From the IMG/VR virus record IMGVR_UViG_3300032053_000011, positions 73,515-137,514 of that record: a stretch of 64,000 nucleotides of DNA, one strand, 5' to 3'. Source of the stretch: a virus. Positions 57,610-64,000 of the stretch are shown in pieces; the stretch's first letter is position 1, and each line of letters opens with the position of its first letter. Both the position numbers and the translations under genes were made by a program. Under the pieces are notes generated by a model, which saw only the letters and a program-made list of their open reading frames with translations, was not told the DNA's origin and ran no database searches.

Positions 57610-57666
57610 TTCCAAGAATCGCTTCGAAACCGTCAACGAATCGCTCACTCGACAAGGATCATCCCC

Positions 57667-57837
57667 ATGCGCAACAACATCTTCCCCAGTGGTCAGTCCA
57701 CCGCCATCACTCCGGCGCCCGCGGCCGAGCTCACGCCGCACCAGATGCAGGTACGATCCGACCTCGTGTCGTACTTCGCGCTCGGCGGCGCCGTGCTCGG
57801 TCTCGCCATCGGCATCATGAATCGCTCCAAGAAGTAG
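57667..57837 (+). CDS. Small membrane peptide, copy 3 of 3 (56 aa, absent from the ORF track)
   Basis: MRNNIFPSGQSTAITPAPAAELTPHQMQVRSDLVSYFALGGAVLGLAIGIMNRSKK; AAGGA RBS. Confidence 0.8.
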   Translation: MRNNIFPSGQSTAITPAPAAELTPHQMQVRSDLVSYFALGGAVLGLAIGIMNRSKK

Positions 57838-58211
57838 GCCGATCGCGTCCGTTCGCTCGCCATCTGAGGCAGGCGTGGCGGACGCGTTGCTCCACTCCAC
57901 CAACAATCTTCATTGGGAGATTCGCGAATGGCTTGACGACGCTCAGCACCGGTGGTCACCGGTACAGCAGCCCCTTCGAATGCTCAGCCCAGCGCGGAGG
58001 ATGCGGCGATTCTCGCGCAGTTCCTCGCGTCGTGTCCGACGTGCGATCCGACAGACGCAGCTCTCGCGCAGTTTGCAGCGTCGCTTCTCGCGACCCAGCC
58101 GCCGAAGAGATAGCCTGTTCCAATCAGCATCTTCGCGGCCACGACCTCGCCACCGCAAACTGCCCCTGCACAAAAGTAGTCGACAGACTCCGCCTCCGAT
58201 ACGGTAACCCC

Positions 58212-59879
58212 ATGTCGGGTTGCACAGGATGCGGCGTATGTTTCCCGGGACAGTCCCTCGGCACCGGAGGGCGCTGCGCAGGCGGCTGTGTGCCCCGGCA
58301 GCCGCAGGCGGCTGACCCGCGCCATCCATTCGCGGAATCACTCGCATTCCAGCGGCAGGAACAAGGCCGTCGCACCCTCATGCTGATGGGCAAGGACTTC
58401 CACGACTGTGCAGCATGGCTCGCACTCAGCGATGCCGACAAACGCATCCAGGTCGCGCGCGGACTGCATGTGCCCGCAGGGTCCAACTTCAGCTACGAGT
58501 TCGCTGTTTCGAGAATCGATGAATACTGCGCTGCAAATGCGCCGGAAGGAAGTGTCGCGATGGCTTCAGGAGCGCTGTTTGGCAAGCCGCAGGCGAGTGG
58601 GATGGCTCTTCCGGGTGGCGCGCGTCCCGCGTTCCCGCTCGGGCCATCGGGCATGACTCTTCCGGGAGGCGCCCGTCCGGGCTTCCCGCTCGGGCCGTCG
58701 GGTATGGCTCTTCCGGGTGGCGCGCGTCCCGCGTTTCCGCTCGGGCCGTCCGGCCAGATCAACCCCGGCATCGCCGCCGCGGAAGCGGAGGCTCGTGCAC
58801 GCGGCGGCCGTGCGCTCCTGCTCATCGGCCTGGACTGCCTCACGTGGTCGCGCATGCCCTTCGACAACAAGGTCGAAGCGCTGCGTCGCGGCCTGCGTAC
58901 GCCTCCGGTCACGCGCCTGGACTTCGATCGTGCCATCAACGAGATGGACGCGTACTGCACGTCGATGGGCTTCCCGCCGCCCGTCAGGGCCACGGGCTTT
59001 GCCGCTGCCACCGAGTACAAGAGCCCGCTCCGCTCGGGAGGGTCGGCCATCACGGGGCTCTTCGGGAAGAATGCCGGGACATTCCAGCAGAAGACCAGCG
59101 CCTCGGGCCAGTTGACCGCGAGCGCCAACACGCTCACCGATCAGGGTCGTGCCCTGGATGTGGCGATGCACGCCGCTCTCGCGCGCAACGACTATGCGAC
59201 GTACGAGCGGTTGTGGAAGCAGGCGTCACAGCTCACCCAGGCCGCGCGGATCGCCAGGATGGATGCATTCTCGCGACCGGGCATGGGACTCGCAGACCCG
59301 CAGAGCCTCCGCGCTTCGGGACAGATCGACATCGCGCCGATGTCGATCGTCGGCGGCCTGAGCGCTGCTTCGTGGAACGGCCTCTCGGACGTCGATCGCC
59401 TCACCTACCTGCTCAACAACGCGCAAACCACCGCGCTGCTCGAAGAGACTCGCAACATCGGTCTCGAGCAGGGATACCGAGGCATCACCGAGGCGGTCAA
59501 CGCCGCCGAGGCCGCGATGGGTCTGGATCGCGTGGCTGCATCGGGCACGGCTGGGGGCTGGGAGAATCAGGCTCGCGAACTGGTGCATGCCTCGGGACAG
59601 ACGGCTGTCACCGAGTCCGCTCCCGGGGCCACCAACATCACCGCGACGCCCGCCGCCGCCACGCCCGTTGTCGCTGCGAAGATGACGGTGTCGCCATGGG
59701 TCGTCGCCGGACTCGGCGCTGCGGTGATCGCAGGAGTGGTGATCTACCGCAAGTCTTCCAAGGAAGAGCCCGCGCACGGCCCCTATGGCGTGCGTGGTGG
59801 CGAGAACGAGTCACATCGCGGCGGGTCGAACCTGCCGAACCCCTCGGGCCAGTCTCCGTACTATCCCGTCGCGCGCTGA
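58212..59879 (+). CDS. Putative virion polyprotein with multiple [P/A]SG junctions and a C-terminal TM
   Basis: Cys-rich leader; ASG-M, 2x PSG-M, PSGQ, 3x ASGQ, and a further PSGQ after the TM. Confidence 0.7.
   Translation: MSGCTGCGVCFPGQSLGTGGRCAGGCVPRQPQAADPRHPFAESLAFQRQEQGRRTLMLMGKDFHDCAAWLALSDADKRIQVARGLHVPAGSNFSYEFAVSRIDEYCAANAPEGSVAMASGALFGKPQASGMALPGGARPAFPLGPSGMTLPGGARPGFPLGPSGMALPGGARPAFPLGPSGQINPGIAAAEAEARARGGRALLLIGLDCLTWSRMPFDNKVEALRRGLRTPPVTRLDFDRAINEMDAYCTSMGFPPPVRATGFAAATEYKSPLRSGGSAITGLFGKNAGTFQQKTSASGQLTASANTLTDQGRALDVAMHAALARNDYATYERLWKQASQLTQAARIARMDAFSRPGMGLADPQSLRASGQIDIAPMSIVGGLSAASWNGLSDVDRLTYLLNNAQTTALLEETRNIGLEQGYRGITEAVNAAEAAMGLDRVAASGTAGGWENQARELVHASGQTAVTESAPGATNITATPAAATPVVAAKMTVSPWVVAGLGAAVIAGVVIYRKSSKEEPAHGPYGVRGGENESHRGGSNLPNPSGQSPYYPVAR
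58602..58754 (+). repeat. 3 x 51-bp in-frame tandem repeat (M[A/T]LPGGARP[A/G]FPLGPSG)
   Basis: Directly visible, with synonymous differences between units. Confidence 0.9.
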
Positions 59880-59946
59880 GGAAACTCGCGCCTCGCTGAG
59901 AGTCGTCTCTTCTCGATCAACGCCGTCCCGCACAACGAGGTCCACC

Positions 59947-60900
59947 GTGGCATTCCCGAGCAACGCTCCGAACTACAACTCCGCCACCGCAATGTCCGCA
60001 TGGTGGGTCGAACGCGGCGCCTCCGAGCAGTCCGTGGTCGCGACGACCGGCAATGCGTTCGTCAAGCGGCTCCAGAACCAGCTCACGGAGTACTTCCTGG
60101 CGCTGTCACGCAACGCACCCGTGATCGGCGCGCTCAATCCGAACGAGCATGCCTACGGCGGCGGACGCGGTGATGTTGCCGAGATCCGCTTCGACTGGCA
60201 CGCCATCGGCAACGATGCCAACTGGGGACCGGTGACCAATGCCGCCCTCTGGCGCTGGGTTGAAAACCAGCGCGCGAGCACCGTCGGAGACGATGCTCTG
60301 CATGGTCTCCAGTTCCATCTCGATCAGATCGAGCTGACCGTGAAGGATGGACGGATCAACTTCGAGACCCTCAAGGCCGCGATCTGGGCCGCACGCCATT
60401 CGACGATCGGCTTCGCCGCCGCGATGGGTAAGATCGAACTCGCCACCGCGTCGATGCTGAATCAGATCACGCCGCCGCCGTGGCGCCATGTTGCGCCCGC
60501 GCCTGCCGCCGCCGAGCTCGGGAAGTTCTACACGTGGAACCCCGACACGACGCCGGTCGCGACGCCTCTCTCGCAGGGCGGCGGATCTCCGGCGATCACG
60601 ACGACCACGCCGAGCACTCCCGCCGCACAGGGACAGGGAGTCACGATGACGCCCGCGGTGAGCACCGCAGGCACTGACCAGGACATCAAGCTCGAAGATC
60701 GCACCATGGGCCTGACGCGCAATCAATGGTTGCTCGGCGGCGCCATTCTTCTGGGTGTGGCCGGAGTGGCCTACTACACCAAGGACAAGAAGGATGGTCA
60801 CCCCGGCCATCCCGGCGGGCCGGGAGGTGGACCGGGTGGGCCGCCCGGACACGGCTACGGTCCTTCTCCCCATTCTCCCAGCCACGCGGCGCGGCGGTAG
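59947..60900 (+). CDS. Membrane-anchored protein with a peptidoglycan-binding-like motif (paralog 2)
   Basis: GTG start with GAGG; APNY...SAWW; DANWGPVTNAALW; TM followed by a Gly/His/Pro tail. Confidence 0.7.
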   Translation: MAFPSNAPNYNSATAMSAWWVERGASEQSVVATTGNAFVKRLQNQLTEYFLALSRNAPVIGALNPNEHAYGGGRGDVAEIRFDWHAIGNDANWGPVTNAALWRWVENQRASTVGDDALHGLQFHLDQIELTVKDGRINFETLKAAIWAARHSTIGFAAAMGKIELATASMLNQITPPPWRHVAPAPAAAELGKFYTWNPDTTPVATPLSQGGGSPAITTTTPSTPAAQGQGVTMTPAVSTAGTDQDIKLEDRTMGLTRNQWLLGGAILLGVAGVAYYTKDKKDGHPGHPGGPGGGPGGPPGHGYGPSPHSPSHAARR

Positions 60901-60909
60901 GAGACCACG

Positions 60910-61671
60910 ATGACGTACCCGGCAGCACCGAACTTCCGCCTCGGCGATCCAGGCTCCGCATGGTGGGTCGTGCAGACCCCCGAGGGTCCGCGCGTCACCA
61001 TCACGCAGTGGGATGTCGTCCTGCGCATGTTCCAGGACAAGGCAAAGAACCACTTCCTGCCTGCGATCTACGGCCGTTCGAACAGCGGAAGCTGTCCGCG
61101 GACGACATCGCGTGTCTGGGGCGATGTGTGGGGCGTGCTGTCGGCCAATGCGCGCTCGCGATCCGACATCGCGGTCGATGGCCTGTGGCACGACGACACC
61201 GCCGACATTCTCTGGGCGCTGCTCTGCATGACGCATCAGACGACGCGCGCCGAAGAATGGGCGTTGGCAGCGAACGAGCGCTCGATCACGCACGAGGCTG
61301 TGCGGCAGATCATCTGGTTCGCGTTCTACGTGGACGCGGTGGATCCTGATCCGCAGGCGCCAGCGCCATGGCATTCGTCGGTGGACGGCACCACTCTGGT
61401 GTTGCCGGACAACGCGGTATTGCCTCTGTGGCAGTCGGCGCCGCAGAGTCTGCGCGAAGACAGCACGTGGTCCGGGACCTTCCGGCCGGGTGTCGATCCG
61501 ATGCCGATGTCGCCGAGTCAGGCGGCTGCCGCAGCGCGTCCTCCGGTGACGATTCAGCCGGTCACGACGCCGATGCGCGTGTCAGTGCCGATGACGCTGG
61601 GAATTCTTGCTCTCCTCGCCGCCGGTGCATGGGTTCTGTCCGCTCCTTCCTCGCCGGGCGCTCACCGCTAA
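60910..61671 (+). CDS. Membrane-anchored protein with a peptidoglycan-binding-like motif (paralog 3)
   Basis: MTYPAAPNFR...SAWW; VDGLWHDDTADILW; C-terminal TM; AGGAG RBS. Confidence 0.7.
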   Translation: MTYPAAPNFRLGDPGSAWWVVQTPEGPRVTITQWDVVLRMFQDKAKNHFLPAIYGRSNSGSCPRTTSRVWGDVWGVLSANARSRSDIAVDGLWHDDTADILWALLCMTHQTTRAEEWALAANERSITHEAVRQIIWFAFYVDAVDPDPQAPAPWHSSVDGTTLVLPDNAVLPLWQSAPQSLREDSTWSGTFRPGVDPMPMSPSQAAAAARPPVTIQPVTTPMRVSVPMTLGILALLAAGAWVLSAPSSPGAHR

Positions 61672-61676
61672 CACCC

Positions 61677-62636
61677 ATGGCGAAGCGTCGCGCGCCACAC
61701 TGCAAGCCCGCCGATATCCGCGCTGCCGCGGAGGCGTACCGGGCCTTGCACGATGGCATCGAACCCACGGAGATCGAGTGCCGTGCGTGGGACGTGCGCA
61801 AGCCGCGCTTCGAGGTGGAGCTCGGGCCGATGCCTGAGAACCGCTACATCAAGAAGCACGTCGAGGAAAATGAGCCGCGGAAAGACGTCTACCGGCACAT
61901 CAACTTCGAAGAACTCCAGAAGACCGATCCCGCACTCGCCGAAGAGTACATGCCCGTTCTGGTCCACAACGACCGGGGCGAAATGCGCATCGAGCAATCC
62001 CATCGCGGACGCAATTACACCGTGACCTCTCACGGCATCGAGGACATTCCCATGCACGACAACGACGGTGACGGTTACGGCATGTACGGCATCCGACGGA
62101 ACGCATCGCCCTACGCGGCCCCAGCAGAAGCTGCGGCCGAACAAAGGCGACAGGCCGAGATGCTCGGTCAGCCGGGATACGGCGGCGGCTATCGGCCCCC
62201 CGCGCCGACCACGCAGGGGGCCCGGTCATTCTTCACGGACATGGCGATCATCGGCGGCTGGGCCGGTGGCGCGACCATCCTCGGCGCGATGGCGATGCGC
62301 GACACGCGCATGTCGCATCCGATGAAGGCGACTCTCACAGGAGTGGTTGCGACGGGCACCGGCCTCGCCGTCAATCAGAAGGCTCCTCGAATCGCGATCG
62401 GTCTCGCCGCAGGTGGCGTGGCGAACCTGCTCCAGGCGCTGTTCGAAACGATGATCGCCGAGCCTGTCCCGGCGCCTGCCCCATTGCAGACGTCTGCGCA
62501 GCAGCTCGTGGCTGCGCCTGCGATCTCGGCGCCGCTCCCCGCTCAAGCACCGGTGCAACTCAATGCACCGCCTGCGATCGCACCCGCGGGACACGTGAGC
62601 AGGCAGGGCATCAACCTCATGATGCGAGGCCGCTGA
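61677..62636 (+). CDS. Putative structural protein: soluble N-terminal domain plus 2-3 Gly-rich TM segments
   Basis: Starts MAKRRAPH; hydrophobic segments in the C-terminal half; PAGH near the end. Confidence 0.65.
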   Translation: MAKRRAPHCKPADIRAAAEAYRALHDGIEPTEIECRAWDVRKPRFEVELGPMPENRYIKKHVEENEPRKDVYRHINFEELQKTDPALAEEYMPVLVHNDRGEMRIEQSHRGRNYTVTSHGIEDIPMHDNDGDGYGMYGIRRNASPYAAPAEAAAEQRRQAEMLGQPGYGGGYRPPAPTTQGARSFFTDMAIIGGWAGGATILGAMAMRDTRMSHPMKATLTGVVATGTGLAVNQKAPRIAIGLAAGGVANLLQALFETMIAEPVPAPAPLQTSAQQLVAAPAISAPLPAQAPVQLNAPPAIAPAGHVSRQGINLMMRGR

Positions 62637-62661
62637 ACAGGCGACGTCCAGAGATGCGGCA

Positions 62662-62769
62662 CGTGTAGAAGCCCCTGCACGAAAATAGACAGGCGCAGAG
62701 GCTCAGGGCACAACCGACAAAACGGCCCACTTCAATCGCGGCCAACCACCCGTCCAAGAGGAAATCCAC
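62662..62769 (+). repeat. 108-bp direct repeat, copy 1 (promoter, leader and RBS of the 62771 gene)
   Basis: Identical to 63893-64000. Confidence 0.92.
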
Positions 62770-62770
62770 C

Positions 62771-63763
62771 ATGAGCAGCGACACTCTGAATTCGGTTGCC
62801 GCGTATCTCGGTCAAAGCGCGCGCACGTACCCCATGATCCAGGGCAACCAGGAACTGATTCCTGGCCGGTCGTTCGGTGCCTGCTGCGATCCGCTCTTCG
62901 CCGACGCGCCCTCCGCGCTCATGGTCGAGCGCTGGTCCACCATCCGCCTCTTGCTGGTGCTCAACGCTGCGGGTCAGCTCGTGCTGACGCCGAATGTCGG
63001 CAACCAGTTCCCGTCGTTCTTCGCCGTGGGTCAGAGCGATCCGGGCGCGCCCGCGGGCATCTGGGAGCAGAGCAACATCACGCAGTCGAACCTGTACGCC
63101 GGTGGCGCACCGGTCGATCGCGGGCAGCTCTTCCTGTGCTTCGGTCACTCGATCGAACCGGTCGGCCTGATCAACCGCGTTTCGCCGGTCACGCCCTTCG
63201 CGCCGATCCCGGCCTCCGGCGTGGGCGGCACCGCTGGCGACGCGGTCAACTCGGTGTTCGCGACCCTCTCGGGCTCGGGCAGCTACGAGACCCGCATCAT
63301 CAAGGCGATCCTGGAGCGCGTGTCGCTCACGGCCGTCTTCGGTGGAGGTTCGAACTTCACGTACGTGCTCGGCAACCTCAGCGACGCGCCGTCGATGTCG
63401 CAGATCTTCGGCAACGAGGCGACGACCTTCGGTCAGCCGATCTGCAACTGCTTCAAGCCGTACATGGCCGTGCTCATGATCAATGCGCGCGACGAGAGCC
63501 GCAAGCTGACGGTCACCACGGGCGTCCCCACGGGCGTCGTGATCGGACCGGATCCGTTCAATGTCCTCCCCATCACGGTGGACCCGGCGGCGTTCTACCT
63601 CGAGGTCAAGATGCGCATGTTCGGCATCCCGGTCTGCGCGACCGACTCGCTCCTCTGCGGCGTGCCCTCGGGCCCGGTCGCCCCCGATGCGACCGCGCTG
63701 CGCGCGGCGATCTACGACGAACTGAAGCGCATGCAGGCTGGCCAGCTCGGCCCCGGCCGGTAG
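62771..63763 (+). CDS. Candidate major capsid protein (possibly single jelly-roll)
   Basis: Soluble and beta-rich, 330 aa, with strongly biased codons, a GAGG RBS and a dedicated repeated leader. The FFAVGQ...TQSNL..GG...GQLF...G.SI pattern recalls jelly-roll capsid proteins, but this is unverified. Confidence 0.45.
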   Translation: MSSDTLNSVAAYLGQSARTYPMIQGNQELIPGRSFGACCDPLFADAPSALMVERWSTIRLLLVLNAAGQLVLTPNVGNQFPSFFAVGQSDPGAPAGIWEQSNITQSNLYAGGAPVDRGQLFLCFGHSIEPVGLINRVSPVTPFAPIPASGVGGTAGDAVNSVFATLSGSGSYETRIIKAILERVSLTAVFGGGSNFTYVLGNLSDAPSMSQIFGNEATTFGQPICNCFKPYMAVLMINARDESRKLTVTTGVPTGVVIGPDPFNVLPITVDPAAFYLEVKMRMFGIPVCATDSLLCGVPSGPVAPDATALRAAIYDELKRMQAGQLGPGR

Positions 63764-63892
63764 TAGCTTCCCAAGCTCCGCGCGGACCGAGTGGATCGGT
63801 AGATCCTCGGTTCGCGCATCTCTCCTCCATCACTTCCTCGCCCCCTCACTACATCCTGCCGAATAGCACTCACGCCCCAATGTTGAGGCGCG

Positions 63893-64000
63893 CGTGTAGA
63901 AGCCCCTGCACGAAAATAGACAGGCGCAGAGGCTCAGGGCACAACCGACAAAACGGCCCACTTCAATCGCGGCCAACCACCCGTCCAAGAGGAAATCCAC
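63893..64000 (+). repeat. 108-bp direct repeat, copy 2 (truncated by the window end)
   Basis: Identical to 62662-62769; ends at the RBS-spacer GAGGAAATCCAC. Confidence 0.92.

Larger units (their letters stand above)
1..64000. mobile_element. Segment of a large bacterial virus or provirus genome, probably tailless and membrane-containing, with a likely myxobacterial host
   Basis: Mostly short hypothetical genes with start/stop overlaps. Phage-type replication initiator with DnaB, Gp88-like and HNH genes are present, and housekeeping operons are absent. There is a co-oriented membrane-protein block at 47-64 kb and a myxobacterial-type kinase cassette. Confidence 0.8.

Noticed and set aside
51126-57837. 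RiPP or bacteriocin precursors (leader plus core)
   Set aside because: No adjacent modifying enzymes or peptidase-containing ABC exporter. The C-terminal part is conserved and the leaders vary, the opposite of typical RiPP families, and the context is structural.
57840-58211. N-terminal extension of the 57933 ORF, or a structured ncRNA (ACCGGTG-GT-CACCGGT palindrome near 57946)
   Set aside because: The extension looks non-coding and ATG 58212 fits the Cys-rich leader pattern; one palindrome is insufficient evidence for an RNA gene.
46984-61671. MYXO-CTERM, GlyGly-CTERM or LPXTG sorting signals
   Set aside because: TM-plus-basic tails look similar, but the signature motifs and N-terminal signal peptides are missing, and no sortase or rhombosortase is present.
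1-64000. CRISPR array, rRNA or tRNA genes
   Set aside because: No regularly spaced repeat-spacer series and no recognisable rRNA or tRNA sequence by eye; tRNAscan was not run.
62662-64000. Terminal repeat or att site
   Set aside because: The repeat coincides with a promoter-leader-RBS unit and the copies are only about 1.2 kb apart. An assembly artefact cannot be fully excluded.

Overview
This GC-rich window reads as part of a large virus (or provirus/plasmid-phage) genome rather than ordinary chromosome. Positions ~1-46 kb hold densely packed, often ATGA/GTGA-coupled early-type genes. These include a ParB-like DGQHR protein, RNase H, a replication initiator with a GIY-YIG-like insert, DnaB plus a degenerate second copy, TrpF-like, SLOG, Gp88-like and cupin proteins, a Ycf46-type AAA+ ATPase, an RNB exonuclease fused to two dsRBDs, a YggL-like protein, two J-domain proteins, a seven-gene paralog array (five copies with Zn fingers), an HNH nuclease, and a Ser/Thr kinase-TPR-lipoprotein cassette typical of myxobacteria, which points to a Myxococcota (Polyangiales-like) host. 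Positions ~47-64 kb form a co-oriented block of about 14 signal-peptide-less membrane proteins, most anchored near the C-terminus and built from shuffled modules. The block also holds a transglutaminase-like Cys-His-Glu enzyme and a candidate jelly-roll capsid protein whose 108-bp leader is repeated exactly at the window end. No terminase, portal, tape measure or integrase is recognisable. The most striking signal is a recurrent [P/A]-[S/A]-G-|-[Q/M] motif at module boundaries across the block, suggesting a polyprotein processing (or Gln cross-linking) system in a tailless, membrane-containing virus. All family calls come from motif recognition by eye; no searches were run.
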